From the NCBI RefSeq assembly GCF_009914755.1, contig NC_060947.1: DNA of 64,000 nucleotides; one strand, 5' to 3'. The translations under genes and the position numbers were made by a program. This DNA is from the human T2T-CHM13v2.0 reference genome, Homo sapiens. Shown here piece by piece: positions 1-13,869 of this stretch (the stretch's first letter is position 1; every line of letters starts with the position of its first letter). Below the pieces are notes generated by a model. It did no database searches, had not been told where the DNA came from, and was given only the letters and a program-made list of their open reading frames with translations.

Positions 1-668
1 TCACTATTCTGGGTCTTTTGTGGTTCCATATAAATTTTAGAATTGATTTTTCTATTTCTCTGAGGAGTGCATTGGTACTTTGAGAGGGATTGTAACTAAC
101 TGTAGATTGTTTTGTGCAGTATGGATATTTTAACAATATTGATTCTTCTAATCCATGAACATGGAATATTTTCCCATTTTTCCTGTCAACTTCAATTTAT
201 TTCATCAATTTCTGATAGTTTTTATTGAGGACATCTTTCATTTCTTTGGTTTAATTAAGTCCTAGGTATTTAATTTTATTTGTTGTTATTATGAATGGAA
301 TTACTTTATTTCCTTTCACATTGCTCACCGTTGGCATATAGAAATGCTATTGGTTTTTGTATGTTGATCTCGTATCTGGCTACTTTACTGAATTTGTTTA
401 TCAGTCCTAATAGTTGTTTGGAGGAGTCTGCAGGTTTTTTCAAATATAAGATGATATCATCTGCAAACAAGGATAATTTGACTTCTTTTCCAACTTGAAT
501 GCCCCTTATTTCTTTCTCTTGTCTTATTCCTCTAGCTAGGACTTCCAGTACTATGCTGAAAAACAGTGGTGAAAGTGGGCGTGCTTGTCATGTTCCAGAT
601 ATTAGAGGAAAGGCTTTCAGTTTTTCCCCATTCAGTGTGATATTAGCTGTTTGGCTGTCATGCATGGC
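1..668 (-). mobile_element. L1 (L1MA-like) ORF2 fragment, inverted relative to the adjacent 3' end
   Basis: Reverse complement resembles L1 ORF2, cf. 12180-12780 in this window. Confidence 0.9.
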
Positions 669-1105
669 TGGAGATAATTACGTAAGTAAAATAATCCAGA
701 CCAAAAAAAGGCAACATTGCATGTTCTTACTTATTTGTGTGATCTACAAATCAAACGAATTGCATTCATGGACATAGAGAGTAGAAGTCTGGTTACTAGA
801 GGCTGGGAAGAATAGTAGGGTCTGGGGCAGGAGTTGGGGATAGTTATCGAGTACAAAAAATAGTTAGAATAAATAAGACCTATGATCTGATGGCACAATA
901 GGGTGAGTATAGTCAATAACTTAATTCCACATTTTAAAATAACTTTAAGAGTATAATTGAATTGTTTGTAAATCAAAGCATAAATTCTTGAGGGGATTGC
1001 TACCTTACTGTCCATCATTTGCTTATTTCACATTGCATGCCTGTATCAGAACATGCTATGAACCCCACAAATATATACACCTACTATGTACCCAGAAATA
1101 AAAAC
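665..1105 (+). mobile_element. L1MA1-4-like 3' end
   Basis: ORF2 end and 3'UTR motifs ('ggttactagaggctgggaag', 'cctactatgtaccc') followed by an A-rich tail. Confidence 0.85.
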
Positions 1106-1107
1106 TA

Positions 1108-2795
1108 AAGAATATTGTTAATATGTCCATACTATACAAAGCGATCCACAGATACAATGCCATCCTTACCAAAATTCCAATGACATTTTTCATAAAAATT
1201 AAAAAATCCTAAAATTTGTATGGAAACACAAAGGCCCTGAATAGCCAATGTAATTTTGAGTAAGAAGAACAAACCCTTGGTATATCACATTTCTTAAACT
1301 ACATTACAATGCTACAGTAATAAAAACAGTATTGTACTATCATAAAAATAGACACGTAGACCAATGGAACAGAAGAGATCACAGAAATAAACCCACGTAT
1401 GCAAAGTCAACTAATCATTGACAAGGACACCAAGAATACATAAGGAGGAGTGAATACACTAATAATGGTGTTGTGAGAACTGAATAGCCACATGCTAAAG
1501 AATTAAAATGAACTCTTATCTTATACCACGCACAAACATCAATTCAAAATGGATTAAATACTTAAACATAAGACAAAATACCTTAAAACTGCTGCTGGAA
1601 TAAAACACAGAAAAAAGTTCTTTTACATTGTTCTTGGCAATGATTTTTTTTTAGAACGACCCTAAAAGCACAAGCAATAAAAGTAAAAGTAAAAAGTGAG
1701 ATTACGCCAAACTGCAAAGCTTCTGCACAGCAAAGGAGACAATCCACTCATTGAAAAGACAAACTGGAATAATCGCAAACCATATATCTGATAATGAGTT
1801 GATATCAAAAATATATAATGAACTTATATAACACAATAGCACAAAAAACAAACAGATTAAACAATGGGCAAAGAATCTGCAGAGACAATTTTCCAAAGGA
1901 GGCATTCAGGTGGCTAAAAAGATAAGTGAAAAGATGCTCAACATCATGAATCATGAGGGAAATGAAGACTAAAACCACAATGAGATATCATCTTATACAT
2001 GCTCAGATGGCTATTATCAAAAAGACAAATGATATGTGTTGGTGAGGGTGTCAAGTGAATCATTTTACAATATTGGTGGGAATGCAAATTGGTACAGCCA
2101 CTATAGAAAAGAACATGTAGATGTATCAAAAAATAAAAATAGAATTACCTATGTCCAGCAATCCCACTTCTGGGTACATATTTATTGGAAATAAAATCAT
2201 TATCCTGAAGTGATATCTGCACCCCCATGTTCATTGCAGCATTATTCCTAACAGCTAAGATATGAAAACAACATTATCTAGCTAGCTAGCTAATGGAATG
2301 CAACTCAGCCATAATAAGGAAAAAATATTGCCATTTACAACAACATGGTTGAAACTGGAGTACATTATGCTAAGTAAAAAAGCTAGACACAGAAAGACAA
2401 GTACTGTATAATCTCACTTATGATGTGGATCCTTAAACAGTTAACATCATAGAAGGTGAGAGTAAAATGGTGGTTACCAGAGTGTGAAGGTAAGGAGGAA
2501 AAAGTGGGGATGTTCGTCAAAGGGTAGAAACTTTCAGTTGTAAGATGAATAAATTCTGGAGATCTAATGTACAGCACTGTAATCACAGTTAATACTGTAT
2601 TGCATACTTGAAATTCGCTAACATAGTAAATCTTAATACTCTCACCACATACACACAAAATCAGAACTATGTGAGGTTATGTGTTAGCTTGTTTTCAGTA
2701 AATGTATCACAATGTCTACATATATCAAAATATCAAGTTGTACACCTTCAATATATACAATTTTTTTGTCAATTATACCTCAAAAAGCTGAAAAA
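1108..2795 (+). mobile_element. Older L1 (L1MA9/L1MB-like) ORF2 3' part and 3'UTR
   Basis: Degenerate ORF2, 3'UTR 'tttcagttgtaagatgaataaattctggagatctaatgtacagc', terminal 'ttatacctcaaaaagctgaaaaaa'. Confidence 0.85.
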
Positions 2796-3765
2796 ATATG
2801 AGCAAAAGGGAGCATATTACAGGAAGGTTTTCAATGTAATAGAACAGATGTAATCTCACCTTAAATAAGTATATTTTCTGTTAAAGATCCTTTGGAATGA
2901 TCAAGGAAAAAATAACAACACACACACACAGACACACAAAAACGGACAAGATCATCATACCTACAAAACAGAGCTTAATTTTAAAATATAAACCATGGTG
3001 GGTGGGAGGAAGGGTAAGGGGGGGAGAGAGTGGAAGGGAAGGAGGAGAGAGAGAAACACCCCTAATGAAATGATATTGGGGTATTCTTAAGAGATAAAAC
3101 ATGATCTAGTTTTAATGTGACTAGCAAACAACTCCATTCTGAAAATATCCAGGAGCAACTTTCACTGCAGTTTAATATGCTATTAAGTTCTATCAATGAA
3201 GCAGGTAACATTGCTTAAAAATTAATGAGAATTGAATAATTTGTGGGAGAAGATTAGTTTTTCATTTCTCACCATATATCGTTACCTTGTATCACCTATG
3301 AGGTTGAAAAAGTGTTATGTGTATTATTAGAAAATAAATAAAATTCACTTAAAACCTCAAGAGTTACTTAGAGTACTCTCTTGCTATGGAATGCTTAATA
3401 AGTGATCTAACGAATAAAGGCATCTAATTTTCTATCCTGGGGAATAATACCTGATATTAATGTCTCTAATTATCATAATAATTTACACCCATTTGATGCT
3501 TATTTACATGATAGATGGAGTACTTGCAGCATGTGCATTAGCTTATTAATTCATTACAAGATATTTGAGCTGTGTGTTCTACTTGTAATTCTACACCTCG
3601 GCATTGTCATGAGGTATAAACAAGTCAACGTATATGAAAATACTTGGAGAAACTCAAGAGCCACAGAGAAACACATAACTATATCATCACAGTATTATTT
3701 CCATTCTTGACAAAACACATTCTTTCATACTATATTGATTTCCTATTTAGAAGACATATACCTAC

Positions 3766-3871
3766 CTAACAGCATGTAAGTACTTTGAGTAATTCTTCTA
3801 GAATCCTTAGATTAATACCTCTATTCAACTACCAATTTGCTACATGATATGTATACTGTGATACTGTTTTG
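3766..3871 (-). pseudogene. C-type exon remnant
   Basis: 'ttttttaactag|CAAAAC...TGTTAG|gtaggt'. Translates YTYHVANW*LNRGI versus YTYSFYELELNKAL at 53382-53493. Confidence 0.6.
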
Positions 3872-5071
3872 CTAGTTAAAAAAATAAAGAAAAGCATTGA
3901 TGTCAAGAATCCTGGTTATCTATATATCTATCAGAATATATATGTGTACATATGTGTATATCATTGATTCCATACATACCTACTCGGTCCCTAACCTGTG
4001 CAATGTTCTAGATTTGTATAGATGTTTACGCATGAAGAAGAATGTGAAAATAGAGGGGACAGACACTTAACATTGGTTAAAACAAAGATATGGAAGCAAA
4101 CATTTGTGGAGGAGGTCATTAATTTATTTTTAATATATTTTTACTTAATGTGACTAGTTAGGCTAAAAAAACACTAATTATAGCTTTTATTAGAAAATAT
4201 AAATTTCTTAGGTAAGAAGGAAGCTAGGCTAATCATTTGCTTTAGGATTTTAAGCAAGTAACTGATCCTGTAAAAGCTGTGAGATTTATTCATATGCAAA
4301 AGAAGATAATACACATATTCTGCATTAAAGCTAATAATAACAATAATTAATGACAGTGGTTATACTTGTTTAATTAAGGTTTACTTATACTGACAAGAGA
4401 AACAAGTTATATAAAATTATTAAAACATAAGAATCAACTATTTCAATATTTATTAAAAAAAAAAGAAATATTTACCAATAAAGAAAAAGTCTTTATAACC
4501 TGCTATATATCCATGTGGGGGATGGGCAGACTATATATTGTAAAGTGGCTGAGTTTTCTAAATTTTATAATTTAGCTATAATCATTACTAAATACAAATA
4601 CAATACTGTAGTAAATTGGAGAAAGCAAAATTACTGTTAGTTGCTACTTATATAGGGCTGAAAAAAGTAACTCTGGGATAATAAAGAGTAAGAACTGGTA
4701 TCTGGTCTGCTAAACCCAGGTGATTACTGTTTTGTTGTGGGGTGGTGTTTGTTTTATTTCTGTCGAGGCATAACATACACACAGAAAAGTACACAGAGCA
4801 CGTGTGTAGCTCCATGAATCTTTATAAAATGAATACACCCTAAGTGAAATTTTAAAACTAAAATTATTTAAACAGTGCGATTCAAGCATTTATAATGAGA
4901 CGTTGCTGAACAAAGTTGATGTTAATTAGAAATAATCAACACATATACTCTTAATTTATAACATATCCGCACAATTCCTTACAGGAGCTCAACATTTGAA
5001 AATCAAAGCATGAATATGTAGGTCATTTAAATAAGATGATACTCCATATGTAAAAAGGAGAATATATTTAC

Positions 5072-5095
5072 CTGATAGTAGCAAAGACAATAGGA
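5072..5095 (-). other. Candidate 24-nt microexon
   Basis: 'ttcttatttttttttctattttaag|TCCTATTGTCTTTGCTACTATCAG|gtaaat'. Supported by splice signals only. Confidence 0.35.
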
Positions 5096-5369
5096 CTTAA
5101 AATAGAAAAAAAAATAAGAATTCCTATATTTGCATTGCTTTCCATGGGTCAGCCGTTGCCCTCTAGACTTTTATTTTGTCTCACTTAATCCCTACCAGAA
5201 TTATTTACTACTCACGGTATATATTCGTATTCCCCATTTATCTAATGCATCAAATGTGCCGAAAATGTAAAAATGTTTTTATTATTTTTTAACCAGCATA
5301 TACATATTAATACTATCAGAACATCAGAATCCAGGATCAAGTAACACATTTGGGGTTGCCAGCCCTTAC

Positions 5370-5481
5370 CTATCATTACATTGGAGCATGGTCAGCACTC
5401 TCATTTAAATCTATGGTTAATAATCAGTATTAAGACAAATGACATCAAGGCCCATCAAAGAAGTTTTAATGTAAGTTCCCA
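5370..5481 (-). pseudogene. C-type exon remnant (112 nt)
   Basis: 'tttctgctttag|TGGGAA...GATAG|gtaagg'. LDVICLNTD matches LKEIQLNTD at 60576-60677. Same length as 53382-53493. Confidence 0.55.
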
Positions 5482-6335
5482 CTAAAGCAGAAATGAACAA
5501 CCTTGGCCTCAAATACAAGGACTGGGAGGTGAGGCATGAAATGAGGATCCATAAGCAATCTGTTGGATGTAGTAAATATTTGGTGATATTATTTCAAGGG
5601 ACCCTATAATAAAAATACTATTATCCTTAGAGACAATTCAAAATAATATAACTTAAAATAAATGGAAGCCAACAATTTAGAAATGTATGCAAAAAAGACA
5701 TAGGTTAAAAAAAATAGTTTCTATGTAGTCTAAAGATAATCAAGTAGAACACACAATTGCAAAAAACAAAAACTGACGGACAACAGAAAACTTAAAAGGT
5801 AAGTTAGCAATCACTAACATTGTAAAAAATACTTTAGCAAGCATATTAAGTGAATTTAAAACTTTATAGTATAATATAAAATAAAGGATCACTGGACATA
5901 TACCCATAATCATGTATTGGAAGATTCAACACTGTAAAAAATGTTCATTTGCCTGAAAATACTTTACAATTTTAGGTCAAGAATACAGGTGGATAAAAAC
6001 ATTTTAATTTACTACTGGTATTTGGCAAAACGTTATTGCAGGTTAGGAGCAAAGATAAGATAGTAAAATTAATCAAGCTGACCTCAAGACTAAAGTAATA
6101 TGTAAAAATTCTTATACCATCACTAAGGAATAAAGGGACTTTGTCATAAGAGCAAAAATAATTTTAAAAGATGGGCCAAAGGAGCAAATTTATAAAGAAT
6201 TTTTTTTTTGGTGGGGGTGGATAATTCTGTATTTGAGGGAATAAGAAAGTTAAATATTAGTTTACATGAGACACAAAATTTGAGCTGGAAGGATATACAT
6301 AAAGTTTTTGAGTAGAAAAGCAATTTACTGAATAA

Positions 6336-6422
6336 TATACATATATGTACATATATATACACACACATATATATATACACACACATATATATATACACAC
6401 ACACATATATATATACACACTA
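6336..6422. repeat. (TATATACACA)n-type microsatellite
   Basis: Alternating TA and CA runs. Confidence 0.95.
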
Positions 6423-6723
6423 TAACCTTGTTTTCCTAAGGTGAATAAAAGTGAAAACAAATTCCCCATGTGTCTACATAAGACTACAGTACATGAAAAT
6501 GCATAGTAACAAAAAGTACATGTCTGCTTGAGCAACAGGAGAATGTGGGTACCCATATAACTGGTTGCTCCTAATGCATACCTGGAAGCGTGGCTGGAAG
6601 TACACTCAGAAGGGGAATGGTAACACAAAATTATCACTTTCTCTGTATCTATTTTAGCAATAACAATTATCTTTTCTTTTTTCTAACAAAATATTTAAGA
6701 GAGAAAATATATTAAAAAATGTG

Positions 6724-7040
6724 GGCTGGACGTGGCGGCTCACACCTGTAATCCCTGCACTATGGGAGGCCAAAGTGGGCAGATCACCTGAGGTTGAGAC
6801 CAGCCTGGCCAACATGGAAAAACCCCATCTCTACTAATAATACAAAAAATCTGCTGGGCATGGTGGTGCACGCCTGTAATCCTAGCTACTCGGGAGGCTG
6901 AGGCAGGAGAATTGTTTGAACCTGGGTAGGCAGAGGTTGCAGTGAGCCAAGATCGCACCACTGCGCTCCAGCCTGGGTGACAGAGCATGACTCTGTCTCA
7001 CAAAAAAAAAAAAAAAAAAGAAAAGAAAAGTGAAAAAAAA
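6724..7040 (+). mobile_element. AluS with small internal deletion
   Basis: Alu dimer with A tail. Lacks 'caggagttc' after the B-box start. Confidence 0.95.
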
Positions 7041-7110
7041 TACTTGGGCAAGGCCTTTTTTTTGTGACATACCAAATGGTATCTAATCACACCAATTTCA
7101 AGTTCACCTC

Positions 7111-7551
7111 TGTGATGGTTAATACTGAGTGTCAACTTGATTAGATTAAAGATACAAAGTATTGATCCCAGGCATATCTGTGAGAGTATTGTCAAAAGAG
7201 ACTAACATTTGAGTCAGTGGGCTGGGGAAGGCAGATCCACCCTTCATCTGGTGGGCACAATCTAATCAGCTGCCAGCGAATACAAAGCAGGCAGAAAAAT
7301 GTGAAAATGAGAGACCGGCCTAGCCTCCCAGCCTACATCTTTCTCCCACGCTGGACGCTTCCTGCCCTCGAACATCCAACTCTAAGTTCTTCAGTTTTGG
7401 GACTCAGACTGGCTCTCCTTGCTCCTCAGCTTACAGACAGCCTATTGTGGGACCTCACTATCATGTTATGTAATACTTAATAAACTCCCCTTTATATTTA
7501 TATATATCCTTCCTGTTAGTTCTGTCCCTCTAGAGAACCCTGACTAATATA
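7111..7551 (+). mobile_element. MLT2A (HERV-L) solo LTR
   Basis: 'tgtgatggttaatactgagtgtcaacttga'...'ctagagaaccctgactaatata'. 5-bp TSD acctc at 7106-7110 and 7552-7556. Confidence 0.9.
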
Positions 7552-7853
7552 ACCTCACATGTATACATGAATGAATATTAACTTAATAAGAACAAAAGCA
7601 GCATACATAATTATATATTACTTATATAAGGTCAGGCGCTTCGTCTATTTACATAAGTTTTCAAATTTTCTATTAACAAAAGTCATGAAATAGTAATATT
7701 AAATAGGACTACTTTTACTACATTAACATTTTTGCAGAAATAAGGTGAGGCAGCTGATGTCACAAATACAATGAATTATAATAGACAAATTTGATGGAAA
7801 ACATAGAAAATAGCTTAACATCTAAGAATTCATATTAATAACAAGATTGGCTC

Positions 7854-8233
7854 TATATTAATCCATTTTCACACTGCTATAAAGAACTACCTGAGACTGT
7901 GTAATTTATGAATCGAAGAGTTTTGATTGACTCACAGTTCCCCAGGCTTAACAGGAAGCCTGTCTGGGAGGCTTTAGAAAACTTACAAGCAGGGCAGAAG
8001 AAGAACAGGAATCAAGCATTTTTTCACATGGTGGGAGGAAGAGAGAGAGTGAGGGGGGCAAGTGCCACAAACTCTGATACAACCAGATCTCATGAGAACT
8101 CACTATTATGAGAACAGCAAGGGGGAAGTCTACACCCATGTTTCAATCACCTCTCACCTGGCCCCTCCCCCAACTCATGGGGATTGTAATTCTAGATGAG
8201 ATTTGGGTGGGGACAAAGAGGCAAACCATATCA
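7854..8233 (-). mobile_element. MST (MaLR) solo LTR
   Basis: 'tattaatccattttcacactgctataaagaactacctgagac'...'aaaccatatca'. TSD ggctc on both sides. Confidence 0.9.
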
Positions 8234-8304
8234 GGCTCCCAACTAGAGCCCAAATACTCAGCAGGAGCTGGATGTTAGAATGCTCTCTGATAATGAGTCA
8301 TTAC

Positions 8305-8470
8305 CTTTTAATATGGCTAAACATCTTTCACACAATAAAGTCCCTAAAGAATCTATGCTTGCGATGACTACACGCACAACAGTGAAAGAGCTAGCCTCAA
8401 ATTGTATACCGCATAATGACCTATGCGTCAGATTTCAGACAGTATTAAACAAGACAGTGCTGTCTGACTT
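8305..8470 (-). pseudogene. B-type exon remnant
   Basis: Donor 'AAAG|gtaatg'. Translates CGIQFEA...LGTLLC, matching the FE...xTLL(P) pattern of other B copies. One stop. Confidence 0.4.
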
Positions 8471-8744
8471 CTGAGACATGGCAAAAAAAATTAGCACTCA
8501 TAACACAATAAATCAACATGACATTCTTTTAATATCACCATGTTCAAACATGTATTTTAATACTCTCTGTAGAAACCTAGAGAATTAGAGAAAGTTAGGT
8601 TAATGTTGAACTCCAGAAGTAACAGCTCAGGTAAATAAACAGAATCCCAGATAATCAAAAGTAGTGAGAAATTTTCAATTATGGGATGGTAACAATAAGC
8701 AGCTTTGCAAATTCACTCTCTAGGGCATGGTCAAAAACAAGAGT

Positions 8745-10451
8745 GGATAGCAGAGCAAGATGATGAAATAGAAGCTTACACTCTTTGTAACCCTTCAGAA
8801 ACACCAAGTTTTAACAACTATCTGCACACAAAAAAGGACTGTCATGAGAACCTGAGCAACTATGAGCAATCACAATCACAGTACCTAGTTTTTACTTCAT
8901 ATAATTAAAAAAAAGCATTGAAGAGGGTCAGAGAGACTGTCTTGAATCAATGATGCCCCCCTCCCCGCCCATGCCCTTGGCAGCAGCCCTGCAGTCTGGA
9001 GAGTCTGTGCATTTGGAGGAGGGACAGCGTAGTGACTGAGGGGATCTAGCATTGAAATGAGTGCTACCCTATCATAGCAGAGAGCAAAGCCGTGCAGGGC
9101 TCAGCCACTGACCACATACAGAAGCAACATTTGGACCAGACCTAGCCAGAGGGGAATTGCCCATCCCATTGGTCCAAACTCGAGTTTCTTGGCAAGCCTT
9201 GCTACTGCAGACTAAAGTGCTCTGGGGTCCTATGTACACTTGAAGGGCAGTCTAGGATGCAGGGACTGCAATTCCTGGACAACTCCTAGTGCTGGGATGG
9301 ACTTAGAGCCAGAGGACTAGGACTGGGGTGGCAAGTAACTGAGGGAGACACTAGCCAGGGCAGCTAAAGCAGTGCTTACACCAATCCTCCCTCAACTCCA
9401 GGCAGTGCAACTCACAGCAGTGAAAGTGTCTCCTTCTTTCTGCTTAATGGGAGGAGGGAAAAGGGTAAAGAGAACTATGTCTTGCATCTTGGATACCAGC
9501 TCAGGCACAGTAAGATAGGGCACCAGGCAGAGTCATGAGGCCCCCATTTTAGGACCTAGCTCCCAGATGACATTTCTAAACACATTTTGGGCCAAAAAGG
9601 AATGACCCAGTACTGGCAGGATTCATCACCTGCTGACTAAAGAGCCCTTGGGCCCTACATAAGCAGCAGTGATACCTCAGGAGTATGCCATGGACAATGA
9701 GCTCTGAGATGTGCTGACTCTTAGTGTGACTCAGTATATTCCCAGCTATGGTGGCTACAGGGAAAGACTCCTTCTGTTTTAGAAAAGCAGAGGGAAAAGT
9801 AAAGGGGACTTTGTCTTTCACCTTAGGTTCCAGCTTGGCTACAGTGGTGTAGAGCAACAAGCAGGCCCTTGGGGTCCCCAGGTTGAGGCCTAAGCTCTTG
9901 GACAGCATTCCTGGACGTGCCCTGGGCCAGAAGAGAGCCCACTTCTCTGAAGGGTGAGTCTCAGACCTGGGAGAATTCACACAAACTCACTGACGAGCCC
10001 TTAGGTTTTAACTGAACATGAGAGATGGCCCAGCAGAATTCCCCCATGGGCTGGTGGTGGTGGTTCCCACAGGGACAGGTTCCTCTGCTTGTGAAAAGGG
10101 GAGAGAAGAGTAGGAAGGACTTTATACTGTGCTTTGCTTGCCAGTGTAGCTGTAGCAGAGTAGAACATCAGGCAAATTTCTAAGTTTTTGACTCTAAACC
10201 CTGGTTCCCAGACAGCATCTCTGGACCTGCCCAGGGCCTGGGAGAACTCACTGTCCTAAAGGGAAGGACACCAACATGGCTGGCTTTGCCACCTGCTGAT
10301 TTGAGAGCCATAGGGCCTTGAGTAAACATAAGTCAATGGACCTTGGGCAAGATCCAGTGCTGTGCTGGATTCAGTTCTAACCCAGTGAAGTCCCAGTAGA
10401 GGGAAACACAGGAGTACTTGTGTCACTGCATCCTCAGTTCCAGGTGGCTCA

Positions 10452-10503
<52 letters not shown>

Positions 10504-13500
10504 ACTCTGTTCGGGAGAAAGAAAGGGATGATAACAAGAGTCTCTGGCTGGTTATCCAAAGAATTATTGCAGATCATATAAAAGGCCACCAAGGCTGTGT
10601 CTCTATGAGTCTGCAAAAAATACAGTAATATTGGACTTGGGATCCAATTCTCTTTGAATGTATATTTACCTGGCCCTAGAGCACATAGCTATATAAGCCA
10701 AATATTATTAGAGATAAAGAGAGAGATAGACCACAATACAAAAATAGCTGGAGACTTCAAACCAAACTTTCAGAAATGGACAGATCTCCCAAACAGAATC
10801 TCAACAAAGAAACATCAGACTTTATCTGCACTATAGAACAAATTGGCCTAGTAGATATTTACAGAACATTTCACCCAATGACTGTAGAATACACATTCAT
10901 TTCCTCAACACAATGATCATTCTCAAGGACAGATCATATGTTAGGTCATAAAACAAATCTGAAAGCATTCCAGATAATTAAAACAATATCAGTCATCTTC
11001 TCTGAACACAATAGAATAAAACTAAAAATGAAAAGAGAAGTTTTTGAAGCTATACAAATACATAGAAATTAAATAATATACACCTGAATGACCAGTGAGT
11101 CAATGAAGAGCTTAAGAAAAAAAATTTAAAAATGTATATAGAGACACGACATAGCAAATCCTATGGTATTCAATGAAAACAGTAGTAAAAGGGAATTTTA
11201 TAGATATAAGAGCCTATGTGAAAAAGGAACAAAAACTTTAAAGAAAAAAACTGACAATGCACCTTAAAGAATTAGAAAAGTAAGAACAAACAAAACCCAA
11301 AATCAGTTAAAAAAAGGAAATAATATCAAAGCATAAATAAATAAAATGGAAATGGAAAAATACAATATGAAAGATAAATGAAAAGTTGGTTTTTTGAAAA
11401 GTTAAACAACGTTAACAAACTTTTAACCAGACTAAGAAAACAAGAGAGAAGGTCCAAGTAAATACAATCAGACATAAAAAAAGAGCCATTGCAACTGACA
11501 CTGCAGAAAGATAATTAGTGGCTACCATGAGCAACTATGTGTTAATAAATTGGAAAATCTAGAGGAAATGGATAAATTCCTAGACCCATAAAACCTACCA
11601 AGACTAAAACAGGAAGAAATCCAAAACCTGAATAGACAAATAGCAAGTAATGAAATTGAAGCCATCATAAAAAGTCTCCCAGTAAATGAAAGCCTGGGAC
11701 CCAATGGCTTAACTGCTGAATTCTACCAAAGCTTTAAAGAAGAACTGATATCAATCCTACTTAATCTAGTCAAAATGATAGAAGAAAAAATATCTCTGAA
11801 CTTATTCTATGAAGTCAGAATTATCCTGATAAAAAAGCCAAAGACACATTAAAAAAAAAAGAACACTACAGGCCAGTATCTTTAATAAATATTTATGCAA
11901 AGATCCTCAACAAAATACTAGCAAACCAAATTAAAAAATACATTACAAAGATCATTCATCACGACCAATTGAGATTTGTCCCAGGGATGTAAGGATGGTT
12001 CCAAAGATGCAAATCAATGTCATAGATTATATCAAGAGAATGAAGGACAAAAACCATATGACCATTCCAATTAATGTTGAAAAAGCATTTAATAAAATTC
12101 AACATCCCTTCACACACAAAAAAGTGGACATAGAAGGAATATACATCAAAATAATAAAAGCCATATATGACAGGCTCCCTATTAGTAGTACACTGAATGG
12201 GAAAATTGAAAGGCTTTCCTCTAAGACCTGGAACATGACAAACATGCCAACTTTCATGACTGTTATTCCACATAGTACTGGAAGTGGTGACTAGAGCAAT
12301 GAGACAAGAGAAAGATATAATGGGCATTTAAATTGAAAGGGAAGAAGTCAAATTATCCTTGTTAGAAAGTGATATGATTTTGTATTTGGAGAAACCTAAA
12401 AACTCTAAAAGAAAAACTACTACAACTGTTAAATAAATTCAGTAAAGTTGCCAGATACAAGATCAACATACAAAAATCAGTAGCATTTCTATATGCCAAC
12501 AGTGAAGAATCTGAAAAAGAAATAAGAAAGTAATCACTTTTACAATAGCCACATGAAATATGATATGCCTAGGAATTAACCCAAAAAGTGAGAGATCTTC
12601 ATAATGAAAACTATAAATCACTGATAAAAGAAATTGAAGAAGACATAAAAAAAGACAAATATTCCATGTTCATGGATTAGAATAATTAATAGTGTTAAAA
12701 TGTTGATACTACTGAAAGCAATCTACAGATTCAATGCAATCTATATCAAAATACCAGTGAAATTCTGCACAACAATTGAAAAACCAATTCTAAAATTTAT
12801 GTGGAATCACAAAAGCCCCAGAAAGGTCAAAGCTGTCTTAAGCAAAAAGAACAAAACTGGAAAAATCATATTACCTCACTTCAAATTATACTACAGAGCT
12901 ATAGTAATCAAAACTGCATGGCAGTGGCATAAAAATAGACAAATAGACCAATGGCAAATGAACAACCCAGAAACAAATCCACCCACCCTCAGTGAACTCA
13001 TTTTTAACAAAGTTGCCAAGAACATACCTTGAAGAAAGAACATTGTCTTCAATAAATAGTGCTGGGAAAACTGGATCTATATGCAGAAAAATGAGGCTAG
13101 AACCAATCTCTTACCATATACAAAAATCAAATCAAAATTTATTACAGACTTAAATTTAAGATCTCAAACTATGAGTCTACTAGAAGAAAACATTGGGGAA
13201 ACTCTCTAAGACATTGATCTAGGCAAAAATTTCTTAAGTCATAACTCCCAAGCATAGAAAACCAAAGAAAAAACTGGACAAGTGAGATTACATAAAGTTA
13301 GAAAGCTTCTGCACAGTGAAGAAAACATTCAACAAAGTGACGATGCAACCCTCTGAATCAGGGAAAATATTTATAAACCACCAATTTGACAAGGGATTAA
13401 TAACCAGAATATATAAGGAGCTCAAACAATTCTATAGGAAAAGATCTAAATGGACAAAAGATTTAAAATTATCAAAAGTAGACATACAAATGACAAACAG

Positions 13501-13869
13501 GTATATGAAAAGGCACTCAAAATCACTGATCTTCAGAGAAATGCAAATCTGAGCCATAGTGAGATATCCTCTCACCTCAGTTAAAACGGCTTATATCCAA
13601 AAGGCAGTCAATAAAAATGCTGATGAGGATATGAAGAAAATGAACCCTCATATACTGTTGATAAGAATGTAAATTAATACAACCATTATGAAGAACTGTC
13701 TGGAGGGTCCTTAAAAAACTAAAAATAGAGCTACCTTATGATCTGTCAATCCTACCCCTGGGTATATGCCCCAAAGAAGGGAATATAATATATCAAAGAT
13801 CTATCTGAACTCCTATGTTTGTTGTGGCACTGTTCAAAATAGTCAAGATTTGGAAGCAACCTAAATGTC
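8745..13869 (+). mobile_element. Long L1MA element (5'UTR and ORF2, ORF1 largely missing), interrupted by THE1
   Basis: GC-richer 5'UTR-like region ~8745-10650, then degenerate ORF2 (ORF track 11995, 12700, 13316). Continues at 23494. Confidence 0.85.
10454..10500. repeat. (GA)n microsatellite
   Basis: Direct reading. Confidence 0.98.

Noticed and set aside
5072-5145. Signal-peptide-like MESNANIGILIFFSILSPIVFATI before a donor site
   Set aside because: The hydrophobicity comes from a T-tract better explained as a splice acceptor, and it lies mid-locus rather than at a gene start.
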